DNA of 46,861 nt from Vulcanimicrobiales bacterium (GTDB taxonomy: Bacteria > Vulcanimicrobiota > Vulcanimicrobiia > Vulcanimicrobiales > Vulcanimicrobiaceae). The position numbers and the translations under genes are program-made. A model generated the notes under the pieces. The model was not told where the DNA came from. It ran no database searches and saw only the letters and a list, made by a program, of their open reading frames with translations. Shown here in pieces: positions 7,686 through 15,556 of this stretch (the stretch's first letter is position 1; each line of letters opens with the position of its first letter). Location: contig JBBRLI010000023.1 of assembly GCA_038231455.1 (NCBI GenBank), positions 1 through 46,861 on the forward strand, in the 5' to 3' direction.

Positions 7686-9778
7686 AGAAGAGCGCGCTCA
7701 ACTCTCGACTGACCTACGCGTTCTCCGCAATCGTCCTTGCCATCGTCGCCATCCTTGTCGTGCCGCTGCCGCCGGTTCTTCTGGACCTCTTACTCGGCAT
7801 CAACATCTTGGGCTCGTCGCTCGTGCTGTTGATCAGCTTACGCGTGGAAGAGCCGCTCGAATTTTCCGCCTTTGCGCCTTCGCTCTTGCTCGCAACGCTC
7901 TTCCGACTCTCGCTCGATGTCAGCGCCACACGTTTGATCTTGACCGAGGGTCATGTCGTCGGCGGGGTCGGAAGCGTCATTCCAGCGTTTGGCGCGTTCG
8001 TCGTTCGCGGCAATATCGTCGTTGGCTTGATCGTCTTTGCAATTCTTATCACGATTCAGTTTGTCGTGATCGCGACGGGTGCCCAGCGCGTAGCCGAAGT
8101 GTGCGCCCGCTTCACGCTCGATGCGATGCCGGGTAAGCAAATGGCTATCGACGCGGACGTTCACGCGGGTCTCCTCGATGCCGAAGGCGCGCGGGCAAAG
8201 CGTGCGCGCGTGCAGCGTGAGGCGGATTTTTACGCGGCGATGGACGGCGCGGGCAAGTTCGTCAAAGGCGATGCCATCGCAGCGCTCGTGATTGTCGTAC
8301 TCAACCTCATTGGCGGTATCGTCGTCGGCATGGCGTACCATGGGCTTTCGCCGGTGGATGCGATCGAAACGTTTGCACTGCTCTCGATCGGCAACGCGCT
8401 GGTCACGACGCTTCCGGCATTCCTGATTTCGACAGCAATGGGGATGATGGTTACGCGTGTCGCGGGCGAAGGCGCGCTCGGCGTCGATCTTGCCATGCAA
8501 CTCATCGGCCGGCCCGACGTCCTGCGTTCCGCAGCGGTGCTGATGTTGCTCTTGGGCTTCGTGCCCGCATTACCCGGCCCGGTCTTCTTCGGTTTAGGTG
8601 CGGCCGCTCTTGGCGCAGCGCAACTCGCGCACAAGCGCAACTCCGCCATGACCGCGCAACTCCTTGCCGATCGCGAACGGTCGCGGAAAAATAGCGTGCG
8701 ACGGCCGGAGATGGCGCTCGCGCTCGTCGGTGTCGATGCGATCTCCATCGATTTTGGGGTCGAACTCTATCCGCTGCTGAACGCACCGAGTGCCGATGCG
8801 CTGCTCGATCGCATCGGCGATGTCCGTCGGGCGCTTGCGGCGGAGATCGGCCTGGTTATCCCCGGCGTGCGACTGCGCGACGACGGGATGCGCGATCCGC
8901 ACACCTATGCGATCCGCGTGCGTGATGAGATCGTAGCCGAAGGAACGCTTCGCCTCGACGCGTTGCTCGCCGTCGCGGACCCGGCGGCACTTGATGCCCT
9001 TGTCGGAACCTCGACGCACGAACCCGTCTACGGGCTTCCGGCAAAGTGGATTGCCGTTGGTGCGCGCGATGAAGCGATGCGCGCTGGTGCGCTCACCTTC
9101 GATGCGATTTCAATCGTTGGTTCGCATCTTTCCGATGTCGTTCGCCGTCACGCCGCATCGCTGCTCGGGCGCCAGGAGTTCCACACGCTCGTCGAACATC
9201 TGCGCGCGACGGTCCCCTCGCTTGTAAAAGATCTCGGATCGGATTTGCTCCCGATCGCAACGGCGCATCGTGCGTTCGTGTATCTGCTACGAGAAGGGGC
9301 GTGGCCGCGCGATCCGATCGCCGTGCTCGAAGCGATGCTCGATGCCGCCGCGACGACCCGCGAACCGCGCGAACTTGCCGAGGCGGCACGCCGCGCGATC
9401 GTGCCGCAGCAATTTCGTCGCGAGGGCCTTCGCACGATCGCCCCACTCATCTTCGACCCCGTTTTTGAAGCGGAACTTGCGCGCATGTGGAGTCCATCCG
9501 GCGGACTTGCGCCCGACCCCTCAACTGCGCTGCACGTGCGCGGCTGCGTCGAGAATTACCTTGCCAAGCCGATCGACGTCGCGCATGCGATTGTTTGCAC
9601 CGCTGCGCTGCGGCCGATGCTCAGCGACTTTTTTGAAAAAACCGGACTAACGATTGCCGTGTACGCGTATAACGAACTTCCCGCGCAAATGGAGTTGCGG
9701 GCAGCCGGAGTGATCGCACAGAAAAAAGAGACCGTGGCGCTCTCCCGCCTCGCATCCGCAAGTGGCTCCTTATCCTAG
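7682..9778 (+). CDS. flhA: Type III export protein FlhA/SctV
   Basis: FRLSLDVSATRLIL, RVAEVCARFTLDAMPGKQMAIDAD, FYAAMDGAGKFVKGDA motifs. Confidence 0.95.
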   Translation: MKKSALNSRLTYAFSAIVLAIVAILVVPLPPVLLDLLLGINILGSSLVLLISLRVEEPLEFSAFAPSLLLATLFRLSLDVSATRLILTEGHVVGGVGSVIPAFGAFVVRGNIVVGLIVFAILITIQFVVIATGAQRVAEVCARFTLDAMPGKQMAIDADVHAGLLDAEGARAKRARVQREADFYAAMDGAGKFVKGDAIAALVIVVLNLIGGIVVGMAYHGLSPVDAIETFALLSIGNALVTTLPAFLISTAMGMMVTRVAGEGALGVDLAMQLIGRPDVLRSAAVLMLLLGFVPALPGPVFFGLGAAALGAAQLAHKRNSAMTAQLLADRERSRKNSVRRPEMALALVGVDAISIDFGVELYPLLNAPSADALLDRIGDVRRALAAEIGLVIPGVRLRDDGMRDPHTYAIRVRDEIVAEGTLRLDALLAVADPAALDALVGTSTHEPVYGLPAKWIAVGARDEAMRAGALTFDAISIVGSHLSDVVRRHAASLLGRQEFHTLVEHLRATVPSLVKDLGSDLLPIATAHRAFVYLLREGAWPRDPIAVLEAMLDAAATTREPRELAEAARRAIVPQQFRREGLRTIAPLIFDPVFEAELARMWSPSGGLAPDPSTALHVRGCVENYLAKPIDVAHAIVCTAALRPMLSDFFEKTGLTIAVYAYNELPAQMELRAAGVIAQKKETVALSRLASASGSLS

Positions 9779-10867
9779 AACGATCCAGTTCACAATTTTG
9801 GCGGTCGTGCCGTTGCTGTAGGTAAGCGTTCCGTTACCGGATGTGTCGAGCGTGAATGTGGCAACCGACTTGCCGGTATCTGTTTGCAAGATCGTTCCAC
9901 TGGCCGCCGAAACCGTGACGGTCGCATCTGCGGCCGCGTCGGCTAAGGTCAAGCTGTTGGCCGTAAACGCACCGTCGAAGAGACTGTCTGTAACGGTTCC
10001 GCTGAAGATAGCTCCGCCGTTCGAGGGGGCGCCTACGATCACCCAATTCTCGGTAGCCATTGCGAGGCTAAGGGTCCCAGCGGGCGCGGTATATGACGAA
10101 ACCCGCCCGACGATCGAAGAGGTGACCCATGGTGCCCCGAGCCGTGAGATGGGCGAAAGAGTAAAATTCAGCGTTGCTCCAACGTCCTGTACTAGTGCGC
10201 TCAAATGGGTTACGTCGGCGGCAGTGCACGAAATCGACGGATTGGGTGCCGTGCACGACACGCCCGCAGACGCGACGTTCGCAGACGTTGAACTCGGTGC
10301 GTCCGATGCGAGAACCATTGTACCAGCGGAACCGCCGGTCGTGGCTGCGATTGTCTGGTAGTCAACGATCGTTCCGTCGAGCGATCGATACGTCACCGTT
10401 CCGGTGATCGAAGCAGTCGTGGACGATGTTGCGAGAATGTCGGAATACGAATCTCGGGCCAGCTGGATGCAAGCGGTATCGTAGAACCATCGGATCGAGA
10501 GCTGCTTCTCGGTTGCGCTCACCGCGATGACGGCCGACTCGACTCCGCGCGAACAAGATGAGTACGTAAAGGCCGAGCGTTCTCGTATCCCTTTTGTAAT
10601 GCGGGCAGTGCCCCCGCGAGCGCCCGCCATTACGGCGCGTGCCGCAGTTTGAATCGAATTCTGATCGACAACAATGCCGCGCGACGCTTGAGCGGCATTT
10701 CCGATTACGCGGAGCGTTTCGCTTGCGATGTACCGCTGCGTTGCAATCGATTGAATCGCGGCGACCGTTGGCGTCGCGATCGGCGTGCTCACCGGTGAAC
10801 TCCCGCCGCCACCGCCACACGCAGACACGCAGAGCGTCGCGATAAAAAGAAGTCCCGTCTTCTTCAA
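9770..10867 (-). CDS. Ser/Thr-rich lipoprotein, allele A (unknown function)
   Basis: AAGGAAG RBS then TTG at 10867: MKKTGLLFIATLCVSAC-GGGGGSS lipobox; homologous end to end to 11176-12324. Confidence 0.85.
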   Translation of the reverse strand: MKKTGLLFIATLCVSACGGGGGSSPVSTPIATPTVAAIQSIATQRYIASETLRVIGNAAQASRGIVVDQNSIQTAARAVMAGARGGTARITKGIRERSAFTYSSCSRGVESAVIAVSATEKQLSIRWFYDTACIQLARDSYSDILATSSTTASITGTVTYRSLDGTIVDYQTIAATTGGSAGTMVLASDAPSSTSANVASAGVSCTAPNPSISCTAADVTHLSALVQDVGATLNFTLSPISRLGAPWVTSSIVGRVSSYTAPAGTLSLAMATENWVIVGAPSNGGAIFSGTVTDSLFDGAFTANSLTLADAAADATVTVSAASGTILQTDTGKSVATFTLDTSGNGTLTYSNGTTAKIVNWIVLG

Positions 10868-10955
10868 AATGCACTTCCTTACAACCGTAGGCTTTATCAA
10901 GAAGATCCGTATTTACCTCGGTCGTAACGAGCGGTGCCTGCTTGCGCTCCGTTGG

Positions 10956-11108
10956 TTAGATGGCAACGCAATCGGGGCAACGCCCGGTAATCGTCAGCGC
11001 GATGTCGACACCGGTATACCGGCACGCGCCCGCGATCGTCGATGCGATTGAGGCGACTTCGGGTGCCTGCACGTTGAGGATCGTGCCGCGCTTCTCACAC
11101 ACGAAGTG
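10956..11108 (-). pseudogene. Fragment of the fur-family gene 3' end (50 codons + stop)
   Basis: HFVCEKRGTILNVQAPEVASIASTIAGACRYTGVDIALTITGRCPDCVAI* aligns without gaps to 12402-12554; in-frame stop four codons upstream. Confidence 0.93.
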
Positions 11109-11160
11109 TCGGATCTGCTACCGATCGCGACGGCAATTGCGCACGGCGGGAGTAATCGGA
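11109..11160 (+). pseudogene. Two fused flhA fragments
   Basis: 11109-11134 matches flhA 9239-9264 (23/26 nt, SDLLPIAT); 11137-11160 matches 9695-9718 (18/24 nt, LRTAGVIG vs LRAAGVIA). Confidence 0.75.
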
Positions 11161-11175
11161 TCGCTCGTTTCTTCG

Positions 11176-12324
11176 CTACCCGAGAAGATTATAATGTACG
11201 ACTTGGGCTCCCGAGCCATTACCGTATGTTATCGTCCCGCTTCCGGTCGAGTAAAGGGTGAACGTTGCGACGGTTTTGCCGGTTGATGTTTGTGTGATCG
11301 TCCCGTTTATGATGCCGCCTAGGGATGTTGCGACCGTTGCCGTCGCGTCGGCCGAGGTATCGGCAAGCGAAAAGTTCGTCGAAATCAGCGTGCCATCTGC
11401 GGTGTAGACAAATGTTCCGCTGAAACTGGACCGGTCGGTAGGTGACGCGCCGACGAGGCTCCAGGCGGGCAGATTTCCCGGTAGGATGCTCAAGCTTCCA
11501 GCGGCTCCGGTGAACGCCGCCGCCGTCCCGCTGATGGGAACGGTGACCGTGGGGGCTGCAGTACGCGAACTAAGAGACGAAACCGTCACGTCGAGCGCGG
11601 CGCCGATGTCCGCAGGAAGCGCCGTCAAACGGATGACGTTCGCACCGCCGCACGAAATTGAAGTCGACGAAATAACGCACGAAACCCCAGAAGAACTCGT
11701 CTTTGGCGACGTCGAACTTGCGGCTTCGGAAGATGTCAACGTGAAGTTGCTGTTGGAACCTCCGGTGCTTGAAACGACAAACGCCAGCGTCTGATAATCG
11801 TAGACGTCTCCGCCGAGTAAGGTAGAGGTTTGTGTTTCAGTAATCGATGCGCTTAAGGCTGAAGTTGCGATGATGTCGATGACCGAATCTTGGAAGAGCT
11901 GCGTGCAGGCCGTGTCGTAAAACGTTCGCCCGTAGACTTGAACTTCCGTGCTACTCACAGTAACGGTCGCGCTTTCGGCGCGGTTCGCACATGCGGAATA
12001 CGAAACGGCTGATGCGCTCCGTGTCCCGTGAGGAATGCGCGAGGCGCCTTCGTGCCAGCCGGACATTGCGGTGCGTGCTCCGCTTTGCACCGAACGCCCG
12101 AGACTTGCGACACCAGTGTATCGAGCGCCGAATCCAAATGCTGTCTCCGACAAGCTGGCGACGGCGAGCATTTCGCTTGCAACCGAACGTTGTGTTGAGA
12201 CAGATTGAATGGGAACAGCGGTCGGCGTAGGTGATGGGACCGGCATCGTACTCGGCGAACTTCCGCCACCGCCGCCGCACGCGGTTAACAAGCAGGTAAT
12301 AAAAAGAAGTCCCGTCTTCTTCAA
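11176..12324 (-). CDS. Ser/Thr-rich lipoprotein, allele B (unknown function)
   Basis: AAGGAG RBS, TTG start, MKKTGLLFITCLLTAC-GGGGGSS lipobox; first 26 coding nt identical to allele A. Confidence 0.88.
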   Translation of the reverse strand: MKKTGLLFITCLLTACGGGGGSSPSTMPVPSPTPTAVPIQSVSTQRSVASEMLAVASLSETAFGFGARYTGVASLGRSVQSGARTAMSGWHEGASRIPHGTRSASAVSYSACANRAESATVTVSSTEVQVYGRTFYDTACTQLFQDSVIDIIATSALSASITETQTSTLLGGDVYDYQTLAFVVSSTGGSNSNFTLTSSEAASSTSPKTSSSGVSCVISSTSISCGGANVIRLTALPADIGAALDVTVSSLSSRTAAPTVTVPISGTAAAFTGAAGSLSILPGNLPAWSLVGASPTDRSSFSGTFVYTADGTLISTNFSLADTSADATATVATSLGGIINGTITQTSTGKTVATFTLYSTGSGTITYGNGSGAQVVHYNLLG

Positions 12325-12401
12325 TGTCCGCTCCTTTACAAGCCCATTACTGTTTCAGAGGGGAGAAGGCACTTCCCGCGTGTTTTCGGTTTCGAGCGGG
12401 G

Positions 12402-12818
12402 TTAAAGAGCAACGCAATCTGGGCAGCGCCCCGTGATCGTCAGCGCGGTATCGACACCGGTATACCGGTACGCACCGGCGATCGTCGATGCGATCGAGGC
12501 GACTTCGGGTGCCTGCACGTTCAGGATCGTGCCGCACTTCTCGCACACTAGGTGATGGTGTTTATCGAGCGCTGCTTCATAGCGCGCCGCGGACCCCGCG
12601 TGCGAGAACATTTGCACGAGCCCGATTCCGCGCAGAATATCGAGCGTGCGGTAGATCGTTCCCAGGCTTACGCCGGGTAAGTTCGCGCGCACGCGCTCGT
12701 GGATCGTTTCTGCCGTGAGGTGCGAGCCGTCTTCGAGGGCGCGCAAGATTGCCGCACGCTGCTTCGTGAGGCGGTAGCGTGTTTGCAGGAGTCCTGCATC
12801 AACACCCTTAGCGTCCAT
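12402..12818 (-). CDS. Fur-family transcriptional regulator (Fur/PerR/Zur)
   Basis: RLTKQRAAIL, HLTAE, SLGTIYRTL, HHHLVCEKCG, RCPDC; GGAGG RBS before ATG 12818. Confidence 0.93.
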   Translation of the reverse strand: MDAKGVDAGLLQTRYRLTKQRAAILRALEDGSHLTAETIHERVRANLPGVSLGTIYRTLDILRGIGLVQMFSHAGSAARYEAALDKHHHLVCEKCGTILNVQAPEVASIASTIAGAYRYTGVDTALTITGRCPDCVAL

Positions 12819-12858
12819 TCGCCTTCCTCCGACTCCCACTTGACCGACCGAGGATCGT

Positions 12859-12887
12859 TTGACGGGGGATAGCCAGCCTGCTACAAT
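12859..12887 (+). promoter_or_regulatory. Sigma70-type promoter for secD operon
   Basis: TTGACG-N17-TACAAT with TG extended -10. Confidence 0.75.
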
Positions 12888-12919
12888 GCGTTAGTTTCCC
12901 CCTTCCCGAAGTTGCATGC

Positions 12920-14194
12920 ATGTGGAATAGGCTCAAAACGCCCCTCAAGGCGCTACTCGTTGTCGCCATTGTGGCGCTTTGCGTCTGGTCGATCACCCCG
13001 ATCGGTCAGAAGGTAAAACTCGGACTCGACCTGCAAGGCGGTTCGCGTCTTTTACTGCAGCTCCAGACCTCGCCCGAGGTTCCGAAGATTACTGCGGACA
13101 TTCAGGGGCAAGTCGAGGACGTCGTTCAGCGACGCGTCAACGGCTTAGGTGTCTCCGAGCCGATCATCTCGCGCGTTGGCAGCGACCGGCTCCTCGTGGA
13201 ACTTGCAGGTCTCAAGAATTCCGATGAAGCCGAGCGCCTCCTTAAAGAGGCAGCGGTTCTCGAGTTCAAGATCATGCCGGAGAAAATCCAGCAAAAAGCG
13301 GCGGTCGATTTGAAATATGCCGCCGATCCGAATGGCGCGTATAAAGATTCCGGTCCGGTCGTCTATACCGGCGCCGAGTTGAAGGCCGCCCAGCCGAGCT
13401 TCGGCCCGACCGGTCAGCCGATCATCACGTTCCAAACGAAAGACCCGAAGAAATTCGGCGAGCTGACGAGCAAGAACATCGGCCACTGGCTGGCGGTGTT
13501 CCTCGATAAGAAGCTCATTAATGATGCCATCATCGAATCGACAATCACGAGCGACGGTCAAACCACCGGCAGCTTCACCGAAGAAGACGTCATTCGAATT
13601 GCGACCGAGCTGAACGCGGGCGCCCTGCCCGTCTCGCTCAAGATCATCGAGAATTCGTCCGTCGGCCCGACGCTTGGCGCAATCGACTTACAAAAGTCCA
13701 TGGTCGCATCGGCGATCGGTCTTGCCCTCGTGCTCATCTTCATGGTCGTCGTCTATCGTTTGCCGGGTTTGCTCGCCGATTTCGCGCTGATCATTTACGT
13801 GCTCATGCTCCTTGGCTTGCTTGCGATTAACCACGCCGTGCTGACGCTGCCGGGGATCGCGGGCTTTGTGCTCTCGATCGGTATGGCGGTCGATGCCAAC
13901 GTCCTGATCTTCGAACGCATGAAAGAAGAAATCTGGGCCGGCAAATCGCTGCGGACCGCGGTGAAGACGGGCTTTGCTCGCGCGTTTACGTCAGTCTTCG
14001 ACTCGCACTTCACGACGATCGTCGGTGCGGGCGTGTTGTTCTTACTCGGAACCGGCACGGTTAAAGGCTTTGCGTACACGCTCTTCTGGGGAACCGTGTT
14101 TTCGCTCGTCACCGCCGTGTTCATCACGCGCTTCTTCACGGACGTGGTCGTCGATAACGATCTGGTCACGGATACGAAAGCGTACGGAGCCTAA
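12920..14194 (+). CDS. secD: Protein translocase subunit SecD
   Basis: LGLDLQGG, RRVNGLGVSEP, GALP, VGPTLG, GMAVDANVLIFER, VKGFA. Confidence 0.96.
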   Translation: MWNRLKTPLKALLVVAIVALCVWSITPIGQKVKLGLDLQGGSRLLLQLQTSPEVPKITADIQGQVEDVVQRRVNGLGVSEPIISRVGSDRLLVELAGLKNSDEAERLLKEAAVLEFKIMPEKIQQKAAVDLKYAADPNGAYKDSGPVVYTGAELKAAQPSFGPTGQPIITFQTKDPKKFGELTSKNIGHWLAVFLDKKLINDAIIESTITSDGQTTGSFTEEDVIRIATELNAGALPVSLKIIENSSVGPTLGAIDLQKSMVASAIGLALVLIFMVVVYRLPGLLADFALIIYVLMLLGLLAINHAVLTLPGIAGFVLSIGMAVDANVLIFERMKEEIWAGKSLRTAVKTGFARAFTSVFDSHFTTIVGAGVLFLLGTGTVKGFAYTLFWGTVFSLVTAVFITRFFTDVVVDNDLVTDTKAYGA

Positions 14195-14197
14195 GCC

Positions 14198-15556
14198 ATG
14201 TTCTTTCGTCGCCTCAATTGGAACGTTGTCGGCTGGCTAAAAACCGTCTCGCTCGTCTCGACGATTCTCATCGCGCTCGGTATCGCGATGATGGTCTACA
14301 ACATGTTCACGATCCATCAACCGCTCAAGCTCGGTCTCTCCTTCACCGGCGGCACCGACGTGACGGTGAAGTTCAAGAACAGCGTTACGCCCGATCAGAT
14401 TCGCGCGGCACTCGCGCCGCTCGGCGTGAACGACGCGACCGTCACGACGATCGCCAAAACCGGCGACACCGGGACCGAGCGTTATTCGATCGGCACGCAG
14501 CACGATTTCGGCGATAGCGCTCCGCAGCTGTGGTCGGCACTCAATTCCGTTGCACCCGTCGACCGCGATCAGTCGCAAGTCGAGGCCGTCGGCCCCTCGC
14601 TCTCGCATGAGTATCTGATCAAGGCGCTCGAAGCGCTCGTGATCGCGATCGTCATCCAGTTCGTGTACATTGCCTTCCGCTTTGGGTGGAATGTTAACTT
14701 CGGCTACGTGACCGTGATCGCGCTCGTTCGCGATTCGCTGATGATGATCGGGATCTACGCGCTCGCGCAGAAGCGTGTCGACGACGCGTTCCTGGCTGCC
14801 GTGCTGACCGTCATCGGGTACTCGGTCATGGATACGATCGTCATCCTCGATCGTATTCGCGAGAATACGAAGCTGATGGCGACTGAAGCTTACGATACGA
14901 TCGTCAACACCTCGATTCTTCAAACGATGACGCGCTCGGTGAACACCCTTGCCACCGTCGTCGTGACGCTCGTTGCCTTGCTCGCGCTCGGCGGCGCGTC
15001 GCTGCAGAACTTCGCGTTTGCGCTGCTCGTGGGCATTTGCTCGGGCGGCTACCACTCGATTTTCTTCTCGGCTCCGCTCGTCGCGCAGTTCCAACGCAAC
15101 AACGCGAAAAAAGAACTCGAACGCCGCGAAGAAGCGCGCACGACCGGTGCACGCACGGTCGCCGAAGCACGACTTGCCGGCAAGACACCCGCCGAACGCG
15201 ACGCGATTGCGGCCGCCCGCCGCGAGCGTCGCGAACGCGAACGCCGCGACGTCGTTCGCTCGACGCAGGCGCCGACGCGGTATAAGAAGCGTCGTCCCGA
15301 ACGTGGCACCGGTGCGATCGGCACGGCCGAACCCGAGCTCGATCTTGACGAGCAGCACGATCACGACATCGAGCACTCGGAAATGCACGGTCAGGAAATC
15401 GATCCGCTCGACGCGCAGGCCTTGGGTCACCATGACTCTGCCTACGAAATGGGCCACGAAGAGATCGTCTTGAATCTCGAACCGCTCGACGAACACGAGC
15501 ATGCCGCGCCTCCGGCACCGGATGTCCATCCAAAAACCGAGCCGCACGACAAGTAA
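14198..15556 (+). CDS. secF: Protein translocase subunit SecF with long charged/His-rich C-terminal tail
   Basis: LGLSFTGGT, VGPS, YIAFRF, IGYSVMDTIVILDRIREN, QTMTRSVNT. Confidence 0.95.
   Translation: MFFRRLNWNVVGWLKTVSLVSTILIALGIAMMVYNMFTIHQPLKLGLSFTGGTDVTVKFKNSVTPDQIRAALAPLGVNDATVTTIAKTGDTGTERYSIGTQHDFGDSAPQLWSALNSVAPVDRDQSQVEAVGPSLSHEYLIKALEALVIAIVIQFVYIAFRFGWNVNFGYVTVIALVRDSLMMIGIYALAQKRVDDAFLAAVLTVIGYSVMDTIVILDRIRENTKLMATEAYDTIVNTSILQTMTRSVNTLATVVVTLVALLALGGASLQNFAFALLVGICSGGYHSIFFSAPLVAQFQRNNAKKELERREEARTTGARTVAEARLAGKTPAERDAIAAARRERRERERRDVVRSTQAPTRYKKRRPERGTGAIGTAEPELDLDEQHDHDIEHSEMHGQEIDPLDAQALGHHDSAYEMGHEEIVLNLEPLDEHEHAAPPAPDVHPKTEPHDK

Noticed and set aside
14237-15547. 436-aa minus-strand ORF
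   Set aside because: Antisense shadow of secF.
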